Positions 9,232-17,837 of a DNA stretch of 43,983 nucleotides are shown piece after piece; position 1 is the first letter of the stretch; each line of letters begins with the position of its first letter. The notes under the pieces were generated by a model. That model saw only the letters and a program-made list of their open reading frames with translations. It did no database searches and was not told the origin of the DNA. The DNA lies in the NCBI GenBank assembly GCA_963727505.1, contig CAVSGP010000003.1, positions 1-43,983 of the forward strand, given 5' to 3'. Source of the DNA: an uncultured Trueperaceae bacterium. GTDB lineage: Bacteria; Deinococcota; Deinococci; Deinococcales; Trueperaceae. A program made the translations under genes and the position numbers.

Positions 9232-10500
9232 CTACATGCCGTTGGCCTTGTCGAGGATGGCCTGTTCCTCCTTCGCGGCCTGCGACCAGGACGTGGCCGG
9301 GTCCTGATTCTGCAGAATCACGCGGTTCACGGCGTCCATGAACACCTGGCGCTGGGCGGATTCGTCCACGAACTGGGTGGCGTGCGAGTACGCCAGCGAC
9401 TTGATGAACGGGCCGTACACCGGATCCGAGGAGAGCGTGGGGTCGTCGACCAGGCTGGCGCGGGCCGGCAGCTCACCGACCACGCTCAGCCACACCTTCA
9501 TGGCGTCCGGGCTGGTGACGAACTCGAGGAACTTCGAGGCGGCCTCGAGCTTGGCGGGATCGCTGAAGGCATTGGGGGTGAGGCCGTTCATCCAGAACGA
9601 GCCGAAGTCCGACTGCACACCGTTGGGTAGTGTCGGCAGCTCGGCGACGCCCCAATCGAACGTGGCAGCGGCCTTGACCGAACCGATCGCGAAGCTGCCG
9701 TCGACGATCATGGCGATGTTCCCGATCTGATCGAAGCCGTCACGGTAACCGTTGTCGCCGGGCACGAAGTTCAGCTGGGCGACCTTGTCCGTGGTCACCA
9801 GGCCGGTGTAGAACTCGAAGGCCTTCAACCCGGCTTCGCTGTCGTAGGCGACCTTGGTGCCGTCAGCCGAGTAGGGCTGGCCGCCGTACTGGCGGACGAG
9901 CACCTCGCGCAGCAGGTTGTGGCCCTGGCCGTTCGGGGCGAAGCCGTACCCCTCCTGGGTCATCCGCGAGCCGCTGCTCTTCGTGAGCGCCTTGGCGTCC
10001 TGGACGAACTCGTCCCAGGTCTTGGGAGGGGACTGGATGCCGGCGGCCTTGAACATGTCCTTGTTGTAGAAGAGCGCCAGACTGCGCACGGCGGTCGGCA
10101 GGCCGTAGTACTCGCCGTTGCGCTTGGCCGCCTGCACCATGGGGATGAATTCCTTGTCGAGCGCGGCCGCGTCGAAGTACTGACTCGGCAGCGGCTTCAC
10201 GTAGCCCGCGTTCAACCAGGTGTCCAGCCAGCCGTAGTAGAGCTGCACCACGTCGGCGCCCTGGCCGGCGGGCAGCGAGGCCGCGACCTGCTGCTGGTAG
10301 CCGTCGTAGGGGAACGTCTCCTGCTTGACGGTGATGTCCGGGTTGGCCTGCTCGAACTGCGCGATGAGCTGGTTCATGGCCTCGACACGGGTGTCGTAGG
10401 CGTACTGCCAGTAGGTGATGGTGGTCTTCTGGGCGAAGCCCACGCCGAGCATGGCCGCCAGGGCCAGGACGATGACTGCTCTGTTCATACGACCGCTCAT
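9232..10500 (-). CDS. Extracellular solute-binding protein, sugar ABC family 1
   Basis: Signal peptide (AVIVLALAAMLGVGFAQ), FEQANPDITV, LFYNKDMFKAAGI, PKTWDEF; RBS GGAGGAGG before ATG 10500. Confidence 0.92.
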   Translation of the reverse strand: MSGRMNRAVIVLALAAMLGVGFAQKTTITYWQYAYDTRVEAMNQLIAQFEQANPDITVKQETFPYDGYQQQVAASLPAGQGADVVQLYYGWLDTWLNAGYVKPLPSQYFDAAALDKEFIPMVQAAKRNGEYYGLPTAVRSLALFYNKDMFKAAGIQSPPKTWDEFVQDAKALTKSSGSRMTQEGYGFAPNGQGHNLLREVLVRQYGGQPYSADGTKVAYDSEAGLKAFEFYTGLVTTDKVAQLNFVPGDNGYRDGFDQIGNIAMIVDGSFAIGSVKAAATFDWGVAELPTLPNGVQSDFGSFWMNGLTPNAFSDPAKLEAASKFLEFVTSPDAMKVWLSVVGELPARASLVDDPTLSSDPVYGPFIKSLAYSHATQFVDESAQRQVFMDAVNRVILQNQDPATSWSQAAKEEQAILDKANGM

Positions 10501-10552
10501 ACAACCGCCTCCTCCAGCGATGCGGGGCGCCTCCGAGCGCCCACGGGATGGA

Positions 10553-11983
10553 TCAGGGCGTGCGCAGCCTTTCGCGCGCGCCGACCAGTGCCTGCCTCCT
10601 TCCATCCAGGGCGTCGGCGTCGCGCTGCACGCGACGCCGCGCCCGCTCGAGCTGCTCCTTCACGGCGTCCGGGGCAGGGCCTCCCCCGCCGCGGCGCCGG
10701 ACGAACGCCTCAGGGTCGAGGGCGGCCCGCAGGGCTTCGGGCGTGAGCTCCGGCCCGCCGAGCTCGACGACGTCGTGCGCGCCGGCCTCTGCCAGCGGCC
10801 GGCCCTCGGCCTGCAGCTTGGCCACCAGCTTCCCGACCAGTGCATGCGCCTCGGGGAAGGACAGGTGCCCCTCGCGCACCAGCTCGTCGGCCAGCTCGGT
10901 AGCGGTGGTGTCGGTAGCGGCGGCGGCGGCGTGCAGGCGCGCGACGTCGAAGTCACCGCCCTCCAGGCAGGCCAGCAGCAGCTCCACGCCGCCGGAGAGC
11001 TGCACGTGCTGCATCTGCAGCGCGCCCTGCACGTCGGGGCCGAAGTCGTTGAGGTCGCCGTAGGGGATGTTGTGGCTCGAGTACAGCACCATCTGCGCCG
11101 CGCCGAGCGCCCGGCTGAAGCGCGTTCTGGCGTGCTCCAGCGCCACCGGGTTGCGCTTCTGCGGCATGATCGAGCTGCCCTGCACCAGACCCTCGCCCAG
11201 CCGGTACCAGCCGGACCCCGCCCAGGAGAGCAGGTCGCACACGAAGCGGCTCAGGTTCAGCGCCACGCTCTGCGCGACGCTGACGACCTCGGCCTCCCAG
11301 TCCGAGCTGGCGACCGCGTCATAGGTGTTCTCCACGGGTCCGTCGAAACCGAGAAGGGAGGCCGTCAGGTCGCGATCGAGCGGATGGCTGCTGCCTGCCA
11401 GCGCCGCCGCCCCCAACGGGCAGCGGTTCAAGCGCCCGTAGGCGCCGAGCAGGCGCTCGCTGTCGCGCGACAACAGCGCATCCACCGCCGCCAGATAGTG
11501 CGCCACCGTGGTCGGCTGGCCCGGCTGGTGGTGGGTCTGCGCGATCAGCACCGTCTCCAGGTGCGCCTCGGCCTTCTCGACGAGCGCGCGCCGCAGGGCG
11601 AGCAGCTGCTCGCCGGTCTCCAGCAGCAGCTCGCGCGCGCGCATCCGGTAGACGGTCATGTCCAGGTCGTTGCGGCTGAGCCCGATGCGCACCCAGCTCA
11701 CCGTGTGCGCGCCCAGGTCCTCCTCCAGCTCGCGCTGGATGGCGAAGAAAGCGTCCGGCACTTCGGGCCCTTGCGCGGGTAGGGGCGCGGTCTGCAGCCC
11801 CTCCAGCGCCCGGTGCAGCGCTTGGATCTCACGCTGCGCCTCGGGCCCCGCCGCCACCGGTAGCCGCGCCACCGCCTGCAGGTGCGCTGTCAACGCGCAC
11901 AGGAAGTGCGGCAGCAGGTGCCGCGCGGCGAACAGGTAGTCGGGCTCGAGGACCCTACCGCGGTAGCTGGGATGCCAGGGCAC
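10553..11983 (-). CDS. Argininosuccinate-lyase-like C-N lyase (fumarase/aspartase superfamily), divergent paralog
   Basis: SRNDL, QTHHQPGQP, PLGAAALAG and GSSIMPQKRNP signature; atypical N-terminus. Confidence 0.85.
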   Translation of the reverse strand: MPWHPSYRGRVLEPDYLFAARHLLPHFLCALTAHLQAVARLPVAAGPEAQREIQALHRALEGLQTAPLPAQGPEVPDAFFAIQRELEEDLGAHTVSWVRIGLSRNDLDMTVYRMRARELLLETGEQLLALRRALVEKAEAHLETVLIAQTHHQPGQPTTVAHYLAAVDALLSRDSERLLGAYGRLNRCPLGAAALAGSSHPLDRDLTASLLGFDGPVENTYDAVASSDWEAEVVSVAQSVALNLSRFVCDLLSWAGSGWYRLGEGLVQGSSIMPQKRNPVALEHARTRFSRALGAAQMVLYSSHNIPYGDLNDFGPDVQGALQMQHVQLSGGVELLLACLEGGDFDVARLHAAAAATDTTATELADELVREGHLSFPEAHALVGKLVAKLQAEGRPLAEAGAHDVVELGGPELTPEALRAALDPEAFVRRRGGGGPAPDAVKEQLERARRRVQRDADALDGRRQALVGARERLRTP

Positions 11984-12127
11984 GCTTCCCCCCCTCCGGA
12001 TGCGCGGCCGTTCGCCGGCGCCATGCTGGCCGAGGCCCGACGCGGGACGCGACCGCCGCGGGCGCGGCGCACCGCATGGCGCGGACGCCTGCGCGAGGCC
12101 GGCGCACGCGGGCCTGCGGGCGCCCGC

Positions 12128-13090
12128 TCACGACCCGCCGCCCCCCACCGCCGCGGCGTCGCCGTCGAGGTGGAGCAGCCGCGCGGCGTTGCCCCCGAAG
12201 ATCAGGCGCACGTCGTCCTCGGGCACGTTGAGCGTGTAGCAGGTGCGGAGCTGGTCGAGCAGATAGCGCTCGGAGAAACCGCGCGGGAAGTGGCTGGAGT
12301 CGCTGCCGAACACGATGCGCTCGGGCCCCACCGTCTCCAGGGCCTTGCGATAGAGGTCCTCCAGGGTGAGCGGGTAGGGCATCCAGCGCATCCACTGGTT
12401 CGAGCCGGAGGTGTCGATGTAGATGTTGGGCAGGCTCCAGCACAGCGCCAGGAGCTCGCGGAAGTAGCCCGCCCCGAAATGCGGGATCACGAAGGGGATC
12501 TCGGGGAAGTCGCGGGCCACCTCGAACAGCGACAACGGGTCGATGCGCGGATGCTTCACCACGCCACCGCCGCGCCCCAGGAAGCCGAAGTGGATCAACG
12601 CCGGCAGGCGACGCTCGGCCAGGAATTCCCACACGCCACGCACTTCGGGGGCCTCGAAGGGGCGGTCGGTGCGGGGGCCGAGCAGCTTGTAGCCGCGCAG
12701 GCCGAGCTCATCGACGGCGCGCCTGAGCTCGGCGTCAGCGCCGGGCTCGAGCCGGTGGTGCGCCAGCCCCAGGAAGCGCTCGGGGTGACGCCGCACGAGG
12801 CCCGCCAGGCGGTCGTTGGTGTTGGCGCTGACGAACACCACGCGCCGGAGGCCGTGGCGATCGACCTCGTCCACCCAGCGCTCCAACGCCCGCTCGATCT
12901 CGTCCTCCGAGCGCGCGGGAGGCTCGGCCGGCTCGGTGTTCCACTCGCGGGACATGCGCTCGCCGCGCTCGCGCGCGTACGCCTGCAGCTCGGGGTGCTG
13001 CGGCGGGCGCCCGGCCTCGGGCGTGCCCATGGTGTTCTCCACAGGGAAGTGGACGTGGAAGTCGATGACCCCAAGGTCGCGGTAGCTCAT
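12128..13090 (-). CDS. Amidohydrolase-2 family metal-dependent hydrolase
   Basis: IDFHVHF, LIHFG, IPHFGAG, YIDTSGS, FGSDSS, GGNAARLL. Confidence 0.88.
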   Translation of the reverse strand: MSYRDLGVIDFHVHFPVENTMGTPEAGRPPQHPELQAYARERGERMSREWNTEPAEPPARSEDEIERALERWVDEVDRHGLRRVVFVSANTNDRLAGLVRRHPERFLGLAHHRLEPGADAELRRAVDELGLRGYKLLGPRTDRPFEAPEVRGVWEFLAERRLPALIHFGFLGRGGGVVKHPRIDPLSLFEVARDFPEIPFVIPHFGAGYFRELLALCWSLPNIYIDTSGSNQWMRWMPYPLTLEDLYRKALETVGPERIVFGSDSSHFPRGFSERYLLDQLRTCYTLNVPEDDVRLIFGGNAARLLHLDGDAAAVGGGGS

Positions 13091-13210
13091 GCCCTTCGCC
13101 CCTCCGACCCGGCCACGACTCCCCCGTCCGGCGCGGGCCGCTGGGAAGCGTCGCGCGTCCGTGCCACCGGCGTGGGGAGCCGTCTGTCGCCCCAGCGCGA
13201 TCCCACCAGG

Positions 13211-13256
13211 GTGAACCGGTTGCATCAAGGCTAGGCCGGGTCTCCCGGCCCGTCAA
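13211..13256 (-). promoter_or_regulatory. Sigma70-type promoter TTGACG-N17-TAGCCT with a LacI-type operator over the start site
   Basis: -35 at 13256-13251, -10 at 13233-13228; near-palindrome GTGAACCGGTTGCA at 13211-13224. Confidence 0.7.
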
Positions 13257-13266
13257 GGGCACGCAG

Positions 13267-13324
13267 TCACGATAGGCATCACGATAGGGCATCACGAGGC
13301 ATCACGACGGGCATCACGACGGGC
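13267..13324. repeat. Degenerate tandem array GGCATCACGA(n), 5 TCACGA cores at 10-13-bp spacing
   Basis: TCACGA at 13267, 13279, 13292, 13302 and 13314. Confidence 0.85.
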
Positions 13325-13373
13325 GACGTACCGGCGTGACGATCCCGCAGTCCTGGGCACGCACCAGGCGGGG

Positions 13374-13410
13374 CACGCCAGCCGGGACACGCCAGCCGGG
13401 ACACGCCAGG
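13374..13410. repeat. 14-bp tandem repeat CACGCCAGCCGGGA x2.6
   Basis: Read directly. Confidence 0.85.
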
Positions 13411-13496
13411 CAGCGCGCCGCCGGGACACAGCCGAATACAGCCGGGATGTGTCTGGGGGGCGCCGGGGGCCGACCGCACGGCGCCGGCACGGGCGC

Positions 13497-14855
13497 TCAA
13501 CGCCAGGGGAAGCCGATGCGGCGCCAGCCGGTGCGCATCTCGCGGAGCAGGTCGCGGGTGCGCCAGGACTCGGCCTCCTCGACCGGGCGCAGCAACCGCC
13601 ACGCCTGGCTGCGACCCAGGCCGGAGATCAGGAACAGCGAGTGGTAGCCCGTCCACGTCATCCCGAACAGGTGCAGCGGCGCGGTCTGCAACAGGGTCAA
13701 CAGCGGACCCGAGAGCACGCCGCCGAGGAAGCCAGCGATGCCCGCCACCAGGGAGTACATCGCGATGAAGGCGACCCTACCCTCGCTCGGCGCGGACACC
13801 AGCGCCAGGTTGAACAGCGCCGGGGTGGCGGCGCCCCACGCCAGCGCGTCGCAGAAGCCGGCGATCCAGATCCAGTAGACGTGACCGGTGAATCCCGCCA
13901 GGATCCAGGTGGCGGGCAGCAGCGTCCCGGCCAGGAAGGCGCCGAGCGCCAACACCGCCTTGTTCCCCACCCGGTCGGCCACGCGCCCCCACAGGCTGCT
14001 GGTGAGCAGCGCCGTGACGGCGGCGATGGCGCTCCAGATGGCGATCTCGGTGAAGGTGAGCTTGAGTTGCTGCAGGAAGTAGGGGATCACGAAGGGCGCT
14101 GCCAGCAGCACCACGAACTGCCAGTAAGCGGCGAAGAGCAGGAAGCGCCGGAAGTTCGCGTCCCTGAGGGGCGTCACCAGCACATCCCGCAGCGCGGCAC
14201 GGCGGCGCGGGCTGGGCGGGTCGTACTGCCGGAAGTACATCGCGACGCCGACTCCGGCGCTCAGCACCGCCATCACCATCACGACCTGGAAGCCGATCGG
14301 CGCCCCCACCCGGTCGAGGAACCAGCCCGCCGCGAGGTTCGCCAGCATGCCCACCACGCCCACGACGCCGGCGCGGTAGCCGAAGTAGCGGCCGCGCTGC
14401 TTCTCCGGCACGACGTCGCCCATCCAGGCACTCCAGAGCGTGCCGTTCGACGCCTGGAACAGCGAGGACACCAGCACCAGCAACACCATCAGGCCGGGCA
14501 GCTCGGCGGCCGGCAGCCCGAGGCTCGGGAGCAGCGCGGCCAGCACCCAGACGCCCCGGCCGAGGATCGCGACCAGGGCGGTCAACAGGCGCCGGCGCCC
14601 CAGCAGGTCGGCCGCCAGGGCGGCCAGCGGGCTGGCCGCCTGTGCCAGGAGCGGCACGCTTGCCACCAGGGCGATGTCGGTCGCGTTCGCCCCGAGGTGG
14701 AGCATGAACCCCACCAGCACGGCGCCCGAGGTCCAGTTGAGGAACACCTGGGTGGCGCTCCCCTCCACCACCGAGATGCGCATCGTGCTCCGGATGCGAT
14801 CGGCGATCGAGGGGTCGGGGCTTGCGGGTGTGAGGGGAGCGGAAGGCGTGGGCAT
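13497..14855 (-). CDS. MFS transporter
   Basis: About 12 hydrophobic segments; WMGDVVPEKQRGRYFG and WGRVADRVGNK motif-A-like sequence. Start uncertain (14855 or 14888). Confidence 0.85.
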   Translation of the reverse strand: MPTPSAPLTPASPDPSIADRIRSTMRISVVEGSATQVFLNWTSGAVLVGFMLHLGANATDIALVASVPLLAQAASPLAALAADLLGRRRLLTALVAILGRGVWVLAALLPSLGLPAAELPGLMVLLVLVSSLFQASNGTLWSAWMGDVVPEKQRGRYFGYRAGVVGVVGMLANLAAGWFLDRVGAPIGFQVVMVMAVLSAGVGVAMYFRQYDPPSPRRRAALRDVLVTPLRDANFRRFLLFAAYWQFVVLLAAPFVIPYFLQQLKLTFTEIAIWSAIAAVTALLTSSLWGRVADRVGNKAVLALGAFLAGTLLPATWILAGFTGHVYWIWIAGFCDALAWGAATPALFNLALVSAPSEGRVAFIAMYSLVAGIAGFLGGVLSGPLLTLLQTAPLHLFGMTWTGYHSLFLISGLGRSQAWRLLRPVEEAESWRTRDLLREMRTGWRRIGFPWR

Positions 14856-15006
14856 GGGGGTCAGGCGCAGGGAGCAGGCGTCCGGCAAGCACGCTCGGAG
14901 CCGTGAAGCGAACGACAGTCTACGGCACGGGCGAGGCCGTCCGCGAGGGGTCCGGTCACGGTCTGGCGCGTGCGCTTGCGCGGCGCCGAGGCGTCGGGGA
15001 CGAGCT

Positions 15007-15084
15007 GTCAGGGACGGGGCGTCAGGGACGGGGCGTCAGGGACGGGGCGTCAGGGACGGGGCGTCGGGGACGGGGCGTCGGGGC
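15007..15084 (+). repeat. 14-bp G-rich tandem repeat GTCAGGGACGGGGC x5.5
   Basis: Four perfect units 15007-15062, one variant unit and a partial unit; lies between divergent TAGACT boxes (14917-14922 on -, 15112-15117 on +). Confidence 0.92.
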
Positions 15085-15197
15085 CAGGGCGGGCCGCCCG
15101 TCGCCAGCGGGTAGACTGCGTGGTCGCGATTCCCTGGCACGGACTCCTGGGGCGGGCGCCGCATCCGATCCTGCGTGCGCTGCGTAAGGAAGGGTAG

Positions 15198-15761
15198 GTG
15201 TACGAAACGGTGGCGGAGACACCGAGCGACGCCGAGCTGGTGCAACAGGTCGCGCAGGGCGAGAACGAGGCTCTGCGGGCGCTGTTCCAGCGCCACAGCG
15301 GCGCCGTGACCGCCCTCGCGCATCGCATGCTGGGTGATCGACAGGAGGCGGAGGAGATCCTTCAAGACACCTTTCTCAGGCTCCACCTGAACGCCCGAAG
15401 CTTCGACGGCCAGCGCGCGGCGCTCCGGACCTATCTGTTCGCCATCGCCCGCAACCTGTGCCTGTCGCGTCTGCGTGCCCGCTCGAGCCGCCCCCGCAAA
15501 GCGCTCGACGCCGACCCGCACGACGTCGCCTTCCAGGCGGCGGTGGGCACGTTCGACGACCCGCTGCCCGGCATCGTGGTCCGCGGGGCGCTGGCTCGGC
15601 TGGAGGCCGACGAACGCGCGCTGCTCGAAGCCGCCTTCTATCAGGGGTACAGCCACAGCGAGCTGGCGTCGCTGAACGGTATGCCGTTGGGCACCGTCAA
15701 GAGCCGCCTGCGGCGCGCGCTGGCCAAGTTGCGCGCGCATCTCGAGGGAGGAGCGCCGTGA
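15198..15761 (+). CDS. ECF RNA polymerase sigma factor
   Basis: SDAELV, AEEILQDTFL, YLFAIARN, GYSHSELA, PLGTVKSRLRRAL; GTG start after AAGGAAGG. Confidence 0.92.
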   Translation: MYETVAETPSDAELVQQVAQGENEALRALFQRHSGAVTALAHRMLGDRQEAEEILQDTFLRLHLNARSFDGQRAALRTYLFAIARNLCLSRLRARSSRPRKALDADPHDVAFQAAVGTFDDPLPGIVVRGALARLEADERALLEAAFYQGYSHSELASLNGMPLGTVKSRLRRALAKLRAHLEGGAP

Positions 15762-16531
15762 GAGCCGACCCGACCCTCCACGAGATGCTGCCCGACTACC
15801 TGCTGGGCTTGCTCGAGCCGTCCGAAGCGGCGCGCTTGGAGGTGGCGCTGGCGCGCTCGGCGGAGCTGCGGGCGCAGGCGGACGCCCTGCGCGCCGCGCT
15901 GTTCGCGCTCCCGGAAGCGCTCGAGCCCGAGCCGCCGGCACCGGGCTCCTGGGAGACGCTGCTGGGGCGGGTCCGGGAAGAGCGCGCCGGGGAAGAGCAT
16001 GCCGGACCCGCAGCTGCCGGCAACGTTGCAGCCACGTCCGCCGGCGCCGCGCCCGCCGGCGTCGCGGCCGCCGGCAGCGCTCCACGTTCCACCACGGCGC
16101 CACGTCCCCGCACGGCGCCGCGCCGCCCCGTGCTGGCGGTGGCGCTGGCCATCGCCCTGGCCCTGCTCGTCGCCACCGCGGGCTGGGGCGCGCTGCAGCA
16201 GCGGCGCGCCGACCTCGCGGCGCACGAGGAGGCGATCGTCGCCTACTGGATGCGCATCCCGGACCTGAGCATCGTGTCGCTCGACGCCGTGCAGGGCGGC
16301 CACCCCGGCGTGGCCTGCGTCCTGCCCGATGGCCGCGCCATGGTGCTGCAGCCGCACGCGCCCCGGCCGGGCCGGTCCTACGTGCTCTACGGCCTGACCG
16401 GCACCGGCCGGGTGGAGCTGGGCCGCACGAGGGGCCGCCTCATCCTGTTCCGCGCCGACGGACTGACCGGCGTGGAACTTGCGATCAGCGGCCCGTCGGG
16501 CAGCGTGATCGCCAGGGCCAGCCTGAACTGA
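15758..16531 (+). CDS. Membrane anti-sigma factor (RskA-like)
   Basis: GTGA coupling to the sigma gene; LPDYLLGLLEPSE anti-sigma N-terminus, one TM helix, short extracytoplasmic domain. Confidence 0.8.
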   Translation: MRADPTLHEMLPDYLLGLLEPSEAARLEVALARSAELRAQADALRAALFALPEALEPEPPAPGSWETLLGRVREERAGEEHAGPAAAGNVAATSAGAAPAGVAAAGSAPRSTTAPRPRTAPRRPVLAVALAIALALLVATAGWGALQQRRADLAAHEEAIVAYWMRIPDLSIVSLDAVQGGHPGVACVLPDGRAMVLQPHAPRPGRSYVLYGLTGTGRVELGRTRGRLILFRADGLTGVELAISGPSGSVIARASLN

Positions 16532-16553
16532 CGCCTCCCACCGGGACCCCCTC

Positions 16554-17837
16554 CTAGGAGGCCACGCCGCACCAGTCGAGCGCGGCGCGGGCCAGCACCT
16601 TGGTCACGTTGCGCACGCTGGGGAGGTCGACCCACTCGTCCGGCGCGTGCAGGTTGGCCCCCACGGGACCGTAGCAGGTCGCCGGGATGCCGTGATGATG
16701 GGAGAAGAAGCGCACGTCGGTGGTCGCCGTGCTGATGTAGGGCCGGGCCTCCCCGCCCATCACGGTGCGGTGGGCGGCGCGCAATGTGTCGAACAGGGGC
16801 GTCGCGGGGTCGACCACGCAGCCCTCGGCCTTGAAGCCGTAGAACGCGATCTCCGGCGGGTGCTCGGCCAGCCACGGGTCACCGGCCGCGTACGCCCGGA
16901 GGTCGTCGCGGAAGCGCGCCTGCGCCACGTCCAGATCGGCACCGGGGTAGGCCGAGAAGCGCACCTCGAGGACGCACTCCGACGGGACCGAGGAGGGCCA
17001 GTCACCGCCACGCACCACCCCCACGTTGTAGTTGAGCGGGTGGTCGACATCGCGGTAGGCCTCGTGACGGGCGCCGGGATCGTTGGCCGCCGCCTCCATG
17101 TCCCGGATCCCCTGCATCAGGAAGGCCGCCTTCTCGTTGGCGTTGACCGCCTTGTCGGCGCCGAGCGCGTGCGCGCCCGCGCCGAGCACGGTGACCCGCG
17201 CCCACAGCACGCCGATCTGGGCGGTGAGCAGCGTCTGGTTGAAGGGCTCGGGGATGATGGCGGCGTCCGCCCGACCGTCGTCCGCCAGCGAGCTCACGGC
17301 CGCCAGGCTGCCGTTGCCGGTGCACTCCTCCTCGATCACCGTCTGCAGGAGCACGTCGCCGGCCAGCTCGACGCCGGCTCGCCGGATGGCCGCGACGGCG
17401 TAGATCATGGCCGCGACGCCCGACTTCATGTCGGCCGCGCCGCGCCCGTACATCCGCTCCCCCTGGATCTCGGCACCCCAGGGATCGACCGTCCACAGCC
17501 GCTCGGGGGTGGCCGGCACCACGTCGATGTGGCCGTTGAACACCAGCGAGCGCCCGCCTCCACGGCCCTGGACCCGCGCGCCCACGTTGGGGCGGCCCTC
17601 GTACGCCCAGCCCACCGGCGAGTAGCCCGGCAGCCGGGCGATGGCGGCGTGATCGACCTCCTGCGCAACGGCCTCGAGGCCGATGGCGCGGAGCTCTTCG
17701 ATCACCCGCTCCTGCGCGGCGCGCTCGTGGTGAAGCGTGCTGCGGCGCCGCACCAGCTCCTGCAGGAAGGCGACCTCGGCGTCCCAGGCCGCATCGATGC
17801 TGCGCTCCACCGTCGTCCAGACCTCGTTCGTGCTCAT
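16554..17837 (-). CDS. ArgE/DapE (M20) deacylase, YodQ-like
   Basis: FNGHIDVVP, YGRGAADMKSG, IEEECTGNG, IIPEP, HAPDEWV; ATGA overlap with the upstream stop. Confidence 0.9.
   Translation of the reverse strand: MSTNEVWTTVERSIDAAWDAEVAFLQELVRRRSTLHHERAAQERVIEELRAIGLEAVAQEVDHAAIARLPGYSPVGWAYEGRPNVGARVQGRGGGRSLVFNGHIDVVPATPERLWTVDPWGAEIQGERMYGRGAADMKSGVAAMIYAVAAIRRAGVELAGDVLLQTVIEEECTGNGSLAAVSSLADDGRADAAIIPEPFNQTLLTAQIGVLWARVTVLGAGAHALGADKAVNANEKAAFLMQGIRDMEAAANDPGARHEAYRDVDHPLNYNVGVVRGGDWPSSVPSECVLEVRFSAYPGADLDVAQARFRDDLRAYAAGDPWLAEHPPEIAFYGFKAEGCVVDPATPLFDTLRAAHRTVMGGEARPYISTATTDVRFFSHHHGIPATCYGPVGANLHAPDEWVDLPSVRNVTKVLARAALDWCGVAS

Noticed and set aside
10553..11983. Assigning the symbol argH
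   Set aside because: The divergent N-terminus and catabolic context make canonical arginine biosynthesis doubtful.
15007..15084. Tandem arrays (also 13267 and 34312) as CRISPR
   Set aside because: Units are 12-14 nt and head-to-tail with no unique spacers, and there are no cas genes.
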